Shown piece after piece: positions 1 to 11,040 of a DNA stretch of 64,000 nt. Location: NCBI RefSeq assembly GCF_009914755.1, contig NC_060942.1; one strand, 5' to 3'. The number at the start of each line of letters is the position of its first letter. Position 1 is the stretch's first letter. A program made the position numbers and the translations under genes. The notes beneath the pieces were generated by a model. It was not told where the DNA came from. It worked only from the letters and a program-made list of their open reading frames with translations, and did no database searches. The stretch comes from the human T2T-CHM13v2.0 reference genome, Homo sapiens.

Positions 1-163
1 GAAACCGGAATATCTTCAGGTAAAATCTAGACAGAGGCATTCTCAGAAACTTCTTCTTAATGTGTGTCCTCAACTAAGAGTGTGCAACCTATGTTTTGAT
101 ACAGCACGTTGGAAACACTCTTTTTATAGAATCTGCAAGTGGATAGTTGGATAGCTCTAACGA

Positions 164-180
164 TTTCGTTGGAAACGGGA
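164..180 (+). promoter_or_regulatory. CENP-B box, monomer m1 (representative; recurs each HOR)
   Basis: tttcgttggaaacggga keeps all essential bases of NTTCGNNNNANNCGGGN. Confidence 0.95.
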
Positions 181-505
181 ATACCTTCATATAAAATCTA
201 GACAGTGGCACTCTCAGAAACTGCTTTGTGATATCTGCATTCAAGCCACAGAGTTGAACATTTCCCTTCCTAAAGCAGGTTTGAAACACTCTTTTTGTCG
301 TATCTGGAAGTGGACATTTGGAGCAGTTTGACGCCTTTGGTGAAAAAGGAAATGTCTTCCCATCAAAACTTGACAGAAGCATTCTAAGAAACATTTTTGG
401 GATATATGTACTCAACTAACAGAGTTGAACCTTTCTCTTTATAGATCAGTTTTGGAAAGCTCTTTATGCGGAATCTGCAGATGGATATTCGGATAGCTCT
501 GAGGA

Positions 506-522
506 TTTCGTTGGAGACGGGA
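506..522 (+). promoter_or_regulatory. CENP-B box, monomer m3 (representative; GAGA variant)
   Basis: tttcgttggagacggga has one change at a non-essential position; TTCG, A and CGGG are intact. Confidence 0.9.
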
Positions 523-672
523 ATACATAAAGAAAGTAGACAGCAGCATTCTCAGGAGATTCTTTGTGATGTTTACTTTTAAGTCACACAGTTGAATATT
601 CCCTTCAATAGAGCAGGTTTGAAACACTCTTTCTGTAGTATCTGGAAGTGGACATTTCGATCGATTACAGGC

Positions 673-689
673 CTATGTTGAAAAAGGAA
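673..689 (+). other. pJalpha-type (A-box) motif of A-type monomer m4; equivalents in m2, m7 (1181-1197) and m9
   Basis: ctatgttgaaaaaggaa occupies the position that the CENP-B box occupies in B-type monomers. Confidence 0.7.
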
Positions 690-843
690 ATATTTTAACA
701 TAAAAACTAGACAGAAGCATTCTCACAAACGTCGTTGTGATGTGTGTCCTCAACTAACAGGGTTCAACCTTTCTTATGATACAGCAGTTTGGAAACACTC
801 TTTTTATAGAATTTGCAAGTTGATACATGGATAGCCCTAACTA

Positions 844-860
844 TTTCGTTGGAAACGGGA
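844..860 (+). promoter_or_regulatory. CENP-B box, monomer m5 (representative)
   Basis: tttcgttggaaacggga matches all essential positions. Confidence 0.95.
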
Positions 861-1013
861 ATATCTTCATATAAAATGTAGACAGAAGCACTCTCAGAAA
901 CTCCTTGTGATATCTGCATTGATATCAGAGAGTTGAATATTCCCTTTTTAAGGGCAGGCTTGAAAGCGTCTTTTCGTGGAATCTGCAGGAGGATATTTGG
1001 ATAGCTTTGAGGG

Positions 1014-1030
1014 TTACGCTGGAAACGGGA
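1014..1030 (+). promoter_or_regulatory. Degenerate (predicted non-binding) CENP-B box, monomer m6
   Basis: Usually ttacgttggaaacggga (ttacgctggaaacggga in this copy). The essential TTCG is changed to TACG or worse in every copy inspected. Confidence 0.85.
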
Positions 1031-1351
1031 TTACATATACAAAGTAGACAGCAGCATTCTCAGAAGCTTCTTTGTGATGTTTGCGTTTAAGTCACAGAGT
1101 TGAACGTTCCCTTTCATAGGACAGGTTTCAAACCCTCTTTCTGCAGTATCTGGAAGTGGACATTTCGAGCGCTTTCATGCCTATGGTGAACAAGGAAATA
1201 TCTTCCCAAGCAAACAAGACAGAAGCATTTGCAGAAACTTGTTTGTGATGTGTGTCCTCAACTCACAGAGTTGAGCATTTCGTTTGACAGAGCAGTTTGG
1301 AAACACGATTTTTGTAGGATCTGCAAGTGGATATTTGGATGGCTTTGTGGA

Positions 1352-1368
1352 TTTCGTTGGAAACGGGA
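1352..1368 (+). promoter_or_regulatory. CENP-B box, monomer m8 (representative)
   Basis: tttcgttggaaacggga matches all essential positions. Confidence 0.95.
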
Positions 1369-1692
1369 GTATCTTCATAGACAACCTAGACAGTAACATT
1401 CTCAGAAACTGCTTTGTGATATCTGCATTCACGTCACAGAGTTGAACATTCCCTTTCATAGAGCAGGTTTGAAACACACTTTCTGTAGTATCTGGATGTG
1501 GGCACTTGGAGCGCTTGGACGCTTATGGTGAAAAAGGACAGATCGTCCCATAAAAACTGGACAGAAGCATTCTCACAAACTGCTTTGTGACGTATGTCTT
1601 CAACTAACAGAGTTGAACATTTCTATTCACAGAGCAGTTTTGAAAGACTCTTTTGGAGTATCTGCTAGTGGATATTTGGAGAGCTTTAAGGA

Positions 1693-1709
1693 TTTCATTG
1701 GAAACCGGA
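1693..1709 (+). promoter_or_regulatory. Degenerate (predicted non-binding) CENP-B box, monomer m10
   Basis: tttcattggaaaccgga has both TTCG (to TTCA) and CGGG (to CCGG) disrupted in all copies inspected. Confidence 0.88.
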
Positions 1710-3494
1710 ATATCTTCAGGTAAAATCTAGACAGAGGCATTCTCAGAAACTTCTTTGTAATGTGTGTCCTCAACTAACAGTGTACAACCTATCTTTTGAT
1801 ACAGCACGTTGGAAACACTCTTTTTATAGAATCTGCAAGTGGATAGTTGGATAGCTCTAACGATTTCATTGGAAACGGGAATACCTTCATATAAAATCTA
1901 GACAGTGGCACTCTCAGAAACTGCTTTGTGATATCTGCATTCAAGCCACAGAGTTGAATATTTCCCTTCCTAAAGCAGGTTTGAAACACTCTTTTTGTCG
2001 TATCTGGAAGTGGACATTTGGAGCACTTTGACGCCTTTGGTGAAAAAGGAAATGTCTTCCCATGAAAACTAGACAGAAGCATTCTAAGAAACATTTTTGG
2101 GATATATGTACACAACTAACAGAGTTGAACCTTTCTCTTTATAGAACAGTTTTGGAAAGCTCTTTATGTGGAATCTGCAGATGGATATTCGGATAGCTCT
2201 GAGGATTTCGTTGGAGACGGGAATACATAAAGAAAGTAGACAGCAGCATTCTCAGGAGATTCTTTGTGATGTTTGCTTTTAAGTCACAGGGTTGAATATT
2301 CCCTTCAATAGAGCAGGTTTGAAACACTCTTTCTGTAGTATCTGGAAGTGGACATTTCGATCGATTACAGGCCTATGTTGAAAAAGGAAATATCTTAACA
2401 TAAAAACTAGACAGAAGCATTCTCAGAAACGTCGTTGTGATGTGTGTCCTCAACTAACAGAGTTCAACCTTTCTTATGATACAGCAGTTTGGAAACACTC
2501 TTTTTATAGAATTTGCAAGTTGATACATGGATAGCCCTAACTATTTCGTTGGAAACGGGAATATCTTCATATAAAACCTAGACAGAAGCACTCTCAGAAA
2601 CTACTTTGTGATATCTGCATTGATATCAGAGAGTTGAATATTCCCTTTCTAAGGGCAGGCTTGAAAGCGTCTTTTCGTGGAATCTGCAGGAGGATATTTG
2701 GATAGCTTTGAGGGTTACGTTGGAAACGGGATTACATATACAAAGTAGACAGCAGCATTCTCAGAAGCTTCTTTGTGATGTTTCCGTTTAAGTCACAGAG
2801 TTGAACGTTCCCTTTCATAGAGCAGGTTTCAAACCCTCTTTCTGCAGTATCTGGAAGTGGACATTTCGAGCACTTTCAGGCCTATGGTGAACAAGGAAAT
2901 ATCTTCCCAAGCAAACTAGACAGAAGCATTCGCAGAAACTTGTTTGTGATGTGTGTCCTCAACTCACAGAGTTGAACATTTCGTTTGACAGAGCAGTTTG
3001 GAAACACGATTTTTGTAGAATCTGCAAGTGGATATTTGGATGGCTTTGTGGATTTCGTTGGAAACGGGAGTATCTTCATAGACAACCTAGACAGTAACAT
3101 TCTCAGAAACTGCTTTGTGATATCTGCATTCACGTCACAGAGTTGAACATTCCCTTTCATAGAGCAGGTTTGAACCACACTTTCTGTAGTATCTGGATGT
3201 GGGCACTTGGAGCGCTTGGACGCTTATGGTGAAAAAGGACATATCGTCCCATAAAATCTGGACAGAATCATTCTCACAAACTGCTTTGTGACGTATGTCT
3301 TCAACTAACAGAGTTGAACATTTCTATTCACAGAGCAGTTTCGAAGGAGTCTTTTGGAGTATCTGCTAGTGGATATTTGGAGAGCTTTAAGGATTTCATT
3401 GGAAACCGGAATATCTTCAGGTAAAATCTAGACAGAGGCATTCTCAGAAACTTCTTCTTAATGTGTGTCCTCAACTAAGAGTGTGCAACCTATG

Positions 3495-6400
3495 TTTTGA
3501 TACAGCACGTTGGAAACACTCTTTTTATAGAATCTGCAAGTGGATAGTTGGATAGGTCTAACGATTTCGTTGGAAACGGGAATACCTTCATATAAAATCT
3601 AGACAGTGGCACTCTCAGAAACTGCTTTGTGATATCTGCATTCAAGCCACAGAGTTGAACATTTCCCTTCCTAAAGCAGGTTTGAAACACTCTTTTTGTC
3701 GTATCTGGAAGTGGACATTTGGAGCACTTTGACGCCTTTGGTGAAAAAGGAAATGTCTTCCCATGAAAACTAGACAGAAGCATTCTAAGAAACATTTTTG
3801 GGATATATGTACACAACTAACAGAGTTGAACCTTTCTCTTTATAGACCAGTTTTGGAAAGCTCTTTATGTGGAATCTGCAGATGGATATTCGGATAGCTC
3901 TGAGGATTTCGTTGGAGACGGGAATACATAAAGAATGTAGACAGCAGCATTCTCAGGAGATGCTTTGTGATGTTTGCTTTTAAGTCACAGAGTTGAATAT
4001 TCCCTTCAATAGAGCAGGTTTGAAACACTCTTTCTGTAGTATCTGGAAGTGGACATTTCGATCGATTACAGGCCTATGTTGAGAAAGGAAATATCTTAAC
4101 ATAAAAACTAGACAGAAGCATTCTCAGAAACGTCGTTGTGATGTGTGTCCTCAAATAACAGAGTTCAACCTTTCTTATGATACAGCAGTTTGGAAACACT
4201 CTTTTTATAGAATTTGCAAGTTGATACATGGATAGCCCTAACTATTTCGTTGGAAACGGGAATATCTTCATATAAAAGGTAGACAGAAGCACTCTCAGAA
4301 ACTACTTTGTGATATCTGCATTGATAACAGAGAGTTGAATATTCCCTTTCTAAGGGCAGGATTGAAAGCGTCTTTTCGTGGAATCTGCAGGAGGATATTT
4401 GGATAGCTTTGAGGGTTACGTTGGAAACGGGATTACATATACAAAGTTGACAGCAGCATTCTCAGAAGCTTCTTTGTGATGTTTGCGTTTAAGTCACAGA
4501 GTTGAACGTTCCCTTTCATAGAGCAGGTTTCAAACCCTCTTTCTGCAGTATCTGGAAGTGGACATTTCGAGCGCTTTCAGGCCTATGGTGAACAAGGAAA
4601 TATCTTCCCAAGCAAACTAGACAGAATCATTCGCAGAAACTTGTTTGTGATGTGTGTCCTCAACTCACAGAGTTGAACATTTCGTTTGACAGAGCAGTTT
4701 GGAAACACGATTTTTGTAGAATCTGCAAGTGGATATTTGGATGGCTTTGTGGATTTCGTTGGAAACGGGAGTATCTTCATAGACAACCTAGACAGTAACA
4801 TTCTCAGAAACTGCTTTGTGATATCTGCATTCACGACACAGAGTTGAACATTCCCTTTCATAGAGCAGGTTTGAAACACACTTTCTGTAGTATCTGGATG
4901 TGGGCACTTGGAGCGCTTGGACGCTTATGGTGAAAAAGGACATATCGTCCCATAAAAACTGGACAGAAGCATTCTCACAAACTGCTTTGTGACGTATGTC
5001 TTCAACTAACAGAGTTGAACATTTCTATTCACAGAGCAGTTTTGAAAGACTCTTTTGGAGTATCTGCTAGTGGATATTTGGAGAGCTTTAAGGATTTCAT
5101 TGGAAACCGGAATATCTTCAGGTAAAATCTAGACAGAGGCATTCTCAGAAACTTCTTTGTAATGTGTGTCCTCAACTAACAGTGTACAACCTATCTTTTG
5201 ATACAGCACGTTGGAAACACTCTTTTTATAGAATCTGCAAGTGGATAGTTGGATAGCTCTAACAATTTCGTTGGAAACGGGAATACCTTCATATAAAATC
5301 TAGACAGTGGCACTCTGAGAAACTGCTTTGTGATATCTGCATTCAAGCCACAGAGTTGACCATTTCCCTTCCTAAAGCAGGTTTGAAACAATCTTTTTGT
5401 CGTATCTGGAAGTGGACATTTGGAGCACTTTGACGCCTTTGGTGAAAAAGGAAATGTCTTCCCATCAAAACTAGACAGAAGCATTCTAAGAAACATTTTT
5501 GGGATATATGTACTCAACTAACAGAGTTGAACCTTTCTCTGTATAGATCAGTTTTGGAAAGCTCTTTATGTGGAATCTGCAGATGGATATTCGGATAGAT
5601 CTGAGGATTTCGTTGGAGACGGGAATACATAAAGAAAGTAGACAGCAGCATTCTCAGGAGATTCTTTGTGATGTTTGCTTTTAAGTCACAGAGTTGAATA
5701 TTCCCTTCAATAGAGCAGGTTTGAAACACTCTTTCTGTAGTATCTGGAAGTGGACATTTCGATCGATTACAGGCCTATGTTGAGAAAGGAAATACCTTAA
5801 CATAAAAACTAGACAGAAGCATTCTCAGAAAAGTCGTTGTGATGTGTGTCCTCAACTAACAGAGTTCAACCTTTCTTATGATACAGCAGTTTGGAAACAC
5901 TCTTTTTATAGAATTTGCAAGTTGATACATGGATAGCCATAACTATTTCGTTGGAAACGGGAATATCTTCATATAAAACCTAGACAGAAGCACTCTCAGA
6001 AACTACTTTGTGATATCTGCATTGATATCAGAGAGTTGAATATTCCCTTTCTAAGGGCAGGCTTGAAAGCGTCTTTTCATGGAATCTGCAGGAGAATATT
6101 TGGATAGCTTTGAGGGTTACGTTGGAAACGGGATTACATATACAAAGTAGACAGCAGCATTCTCAGAAGTTTCTTTGTGATGTTTGCGTTTAAGTTACAG
6201 AGTTGAACGTTCCCTTTCATAGAGCAGGTTTCAAACCCTCTTTCTGCAGTATCTGGAAGTGGACATTTGGAGCGCTTTCAGGCCCATGGTGAACAAGGAA
6301 ATATCTTCCCATGCAAACTGGACAGAAGCATTCGCAGAAACTTGTTTGTGATATGTGTCCTCAACTCACGGAGTTGAGCATTTCGTTTGACAGAGCAGTT

Positions 6401-9400
6401 TGGAAACACGATTTTTGTAGAATCTGCAAGTGGATATTTGGATGGCTTTGTGGATTTCGTTGGAAACGGGAGTATCTTCTTAGACAACCTAGACAGTAAC
6501 ATGCTCAGAAACTGCTTTGTGATATCTGCATTCACGTCACAGAGTTGAACATTCCCTTTCATAGAGCAGGTTTGAAACACACTTTCTGTAGTATCTGGAT
6601 GTGGGCACTTGGAGCGCTTGGACGCTTATGGTGAAAAAGGACATATCGTCCCATAAAAACTGGACAGAAGCATTCTCACAAACTGCTTTGTGACGTATGT
6701 CTTCAACTAACAGAGTTGAACATTTCTATTCACAGAGCAGTTTTGAAAGACTCTTTTGGAGTATCTGCTAGTGGATATTTGGAGAGCTTTAAGGATTTCA
6801 TTGGAAACCGGAATATCTTCAGGTAAAATCTAGACAGAGGCATTCTCAGAAACTTCTTCGTAATGTGTGTCCTCAACTAACAGTGTACAACCTATCTTTT
6901 GATACAGCACGTTGGAAACACTCTTTTTATAGAATCTGCAAGTGGATAGTTGGATAGCTCTAACGACTTCGTTGGAAACGGGAATACCTTCATATAAAAT
7001 CTAGACAGTGGCACTCTCAGAAACTGCTTTGTGATATCTGCATTCAAGCCACAGAGTTGAACATTTCCCTTCCTAAAGCAGGTTTGAAACACTCTTTTTG
7101 TCGTATCTGGAAGTGGACATTTGGAGCACTTTGACGCCTTTGGTGAATAAGGAAATGTCTTCCCATCAAAACTAGACAGAAGCATTCTAAGAAACATTTT
7201 TGGGATATATGTACTCAACTAACAGGGTTGAACCTTTCTCTTTATAGATCAGTTTTGGAAAGCTCTTTATGTGGAATCTGCAGATGGATATTCGGATAGC
7301 TCTGAGGATTTCGTTGGAGACGGGAATACATAAAGAAATTAGACAGCAGCATTCTCAGGAGATTCTTTGTGATGTTTGCTTTTAAGTCACAGAGTTGAAT
7401 ATTCCCTTCAAAAGAGCAGGTTTGAAACACTCTTTCTGTAGTATCTGGAAGTGGACATTTCGATCGATTTCAGGCCTATGTTGAAAAAGGAAATATCTTT
7501 ACATAAAAACTAGACAGAAGCATTCTCAGAAACGGCGTTGTGATGTGTGTCCTCAACTAACAAAGTTCAACCTTTCTTATGATACAGCAGTTTGGAAACA
7601 CTCTTTTTATAGAATTTGCAAGTTGATACATGGATAGCCCTAGCTATTTCGTTGGAAACGGGAATATCTTCATATAAAACCTAGACAGAAGCACTCTCAG
7701 AAACTGCTTTGTGATATCTGCATTGATATCAGAGAGTTGAATATTCCCTTTCTAAGGGCAGGCTTGAAAGCATCTTTTCGTGGAATCTGCAGGAGGATAT
7801 TTGGATAGCTTTGAGGGTTACGTTGGAAACGGGATTACATATACAAAGTAGACAGCAGCATTCTCAGAAGATTCTTTGCGATGTTTGCGTTTAAGTCACA
7901 GAGTTGAAAGTTCCCTTTCATAGAGCAGGTTTCAAACCCTCTTTCTGCAGTATCTGGAAGTGGACATTTCGAGCGCTTTCAGGCCCATGGTGAACAAGGA
8001 AATATCTTCCCAAGCAAACTAGACAGAAGCATTCACAGAAACTTGTTTGTGATGTGTGTCCTCAACTCACAGAGTTGAACATTTCGTTTGACAGAGCAGT
8101 TTGGAAACACGATTTTTGTAGAATCTGCAAGTGGATATTTGGATGGCTTTGTGGATTTCGTTGGAAACGGGAGTACCTTCATAGACAACCTAGACAGTAA
8201 CATTCTCAGAAACTGCTTTGTGATATCTGCATTCACGTCACAGAGTTGAACATTCCCTTTCATAGAGCAGGTTTGAAACACACTTTCTGTAGTATCTGGA
8301 TGTGGGCACTTGGAGCGCTTGGACGCTTATGGTGAAAAAGGACATATCGTCCCATAAAAATTGGATAGAAGCATTCTCACAAACTGCTTTGTGACGTATG
8401 TCTTCAACTAACAGAGTTGAACATTTCTATTCACAGAGCAGTTTTGAAAGACTCTTTTGGAGTATCTGCTAGTGGATATTTGGAGAGCTTTAAGGATTTC
8501 ATTGGAAACCGGAATATCTTCAGGTAAAATCTAGACAGAGGCATTCTCAGAAATTTCTTTGTAATGTGTGTCCTCAACTAACAGTGTACAACCTATCTTT
8601 TGATACAGCACGTTGGAAACACTCTTTTTATAGAATCTGCAAGTGGATAGTTGGATAGGTCTAACGATTTCGTTGGAAACGGGAATACCTTCATATAAAA
8701 TCTAGACAGTGGCACTCTCAGAAACTGCTTTGTGATATCTGCATTCAAGCCACAGAGTTGAACATTTCCCTTCCTAAAGCAGGTTTGAAACACTCTTTTT
8801 GTCGTATCTGGAAGTGGACATTTGGAGCACTTTGACGCCTTTGGTGAAAAAGGAAATGTCTTCCCATGAAAACTAGACAGAAGCATTCTAAGAAACATTT
8901 TTGGGATATATGTACACAACTAACAGAGTTGAACCTTTCTCTTTATAGACCAGTTTTGGAAAGCTCTTTATGTGGAATCTGCAGATGGATATTCGGATAG
9001 CTCTGAGGATTTCGTTGGAGACGGGAATACATAAAGAATGTAGACAGCAGCATTCTCAGGAGATGCTTTGTGATGTTTGCTTTTAAGTCACAGAGTTGAA
9101 TATTCCCTTCAATAGAGCAGGTTTGAAACACTCTTTCTGTAGTATCTGGAAGTGGACATTTCGATCGATTACAGGCCTATGTTGAGAAAGGAAATATCTT
9201 AACATAAAAACTAGACAGAAGCATTCTCAGAAACGTCGTTGTGATGTGTGTCCTCAAATAACAGAGTTCAACCTTTCTTATGATACAGCAGTTTGGAAAC
9301 ACTCTTTTTATAGAATTTGCAAGTTGATACATGGATAGCCCTAACTATTTCGTTGGAAACGGGAATATCTTCATATAAAAGGTAGACAGAAGCACTCTCA

Positions 9401-11040
9401 GAAACTACTTTGTGATATCTGCATTGATAACAGAGAGTTGAATATTCCCTTTCTAAGGGCAGGATTGAAAGCGTCTTTTCGTGGAATCTGCAGGAGGATA
9501 TTTGGATAGCTTTGAGGGTTACGTTGGAAACGGGATTACATATACAAAGTTGACAGCAGCATTCTCAGAAGCTTCTTTGTGATGTTTGCGTTTAAGTCAC
9601 AGAGTTGAACGTTCCCTTTCATAGAGCAGGTTTCAAACCCTCTTTCTGCAGTATCTGGAAGTGGACATTTCGAGCGCTTTCAGGCCTATGGTGAACAAGG
9701 AAATATCTTCCCAAGCAAACTAGACAGAATCATTCGCAGAAACTTGTTTGTGATGTGTGTCCTCAACTCACAGAGTTGAACATTTCGTTTGACAGAGCAG
9801 TTTGGAAACACGATTTTTGTAGAATCTGCAAGTGGATATTTGGATGGCTTTGTGGATTTCGTTGGAAACGGGAGTATCTTCATAGACAACCTAGACAGTA
9901 ACATTCTCAGAAACTGCTTTGTGATATCTGCATTCACGACACAGAGTTGAACATTCCCTTTCATAGAGCAGGTTTGAAACACACTTTCTGTAGTATCTGG
10001 ATGTGGGCACTTGGAGCGCTTGGACGCTTATGGTGAAAAAGGACATATCGTCCCATAAAAACTGGACAGAAGCATTCTCACAAACTGCTTTGTGACGTAT
10101 GTCTTCAACTAACAGAGTTGAACATTTCTATTCACAGAGCAGTTTTGAAAGACTCTTTTGGAGTATCTGCTAGTGGATATTTGGAGAGCTTTAAGGATTT
10201 CATTGGAAACCGGAATATCTTCAGGTAAAATCTAGACAGAGGCATTCTCAGAAACTTCTTTGTAATGTGTGTCCTCAACTAACAGTGTACAACCTATCTT
10301 TTGATACAGCACGTTGGAAACACTCTTTTTATAGAATCTGCAAGTGGATAGTTGGATAGCTCTAACGACTTCGTTGGAAACGGGAATACCTTCATATAAA
10401 ATCTAGACAGTGGCACTCTCAGAAACTGCTTTGTGATATCTGCATTCAAGCCACAGAGTTGACCATTTCCCTTCCTAAAGCAGGTTTGAAACAATCTTTT
10501 TGTCGTATCTGGAAGTGGACATTTGGAGCACTTTGACGCCTTTGGTGAAAAAGGAAATGTCTTCCCATCAAAACTAGACAGAAGCATTCTAAGAAACATT
10601 TTTGGGATATATGTACTCAACTAACAGAGTTGAACCTTCCTCTGTATAGATCAGTTTTGGAAAGCTCTTTATGTGGAATCTGCAGATGGATATTCGGATA
10701 GATCTGAGGATTTCGTTGGAGACGGGAATACATAAAGAAAGTAGACAGCAGCATTCTCAGGAGATTCTTTGTGATGTTTGCTTTTAAGTCACAGAGTTGA
10801 ATATTCCCTTCAATAGAGCAGGTTTGAAACACTCTTTCTGTAGTATCTGGAAGTGGACATTTCGATCGATTACAGGCCTATGTTGAGAAAGGAAATACCT
10901 TAACATAAAAACTAGACAGAAGCATTCTCAGAAAAGTCGTTGTGATGTGTGTCCTCAACTAACAGAGTTCAACCTTTCTTATGATACAGCAGTTTGGAAA
11001 CACTCTTTTTATAGAATTTGCAAGTTGATACATGGATAGC
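3495..11040 (+). repeat. Duplicated segment at 5103-bp (3-HOR) offset: about 3495-5935 versus 8598-11040
   Basis: Shared rare variants gataggtcta, agaccag, aagaatgtag, gagatgcttt, tcaaataaca, aaaggtaga, cacgacaca, gttgaccatt, aaacaatc, atagatctga. In the ORF track SLDLS, KHLL, LCVVN, NGQ and QIYP pairs lie 5103 apart. Confidence 0.85.

Larger units (their letters stand above)
38..1737 (+). repeat. First complete 10-mer HOR unit (1700 bp here; modal 1701 bp). Monomer starts, my numbering: m1 38, m2 209, m3 380, m4 547, m5 718, m6 889, m7 1055, m8 1226, m9 1397, m10 1568
   Basis: Monomer starts read directly. Later unit starts: 1738, 3439, 5140, 6841, 8542, 10243, 12624, 14325, 16026, 17727, 19428, 21129, 22830, 24531, 26232, 27933, 29634, 31334, 33035, 34736, 36437, 38138, 39159, 40859, 42561, 44262, 45283, 46984, 48685, 50386, 52086, 53787, 55487, 57188, 58888, 60589, 62290, 63991. 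Confidence 0.93.

Noticed and set aside
657-664. Short palindrome tcgatcga in m4 (and agcgct in m7/m9)
   Set aside because: Too short to imply structure or function; useful only as a restriction marker.
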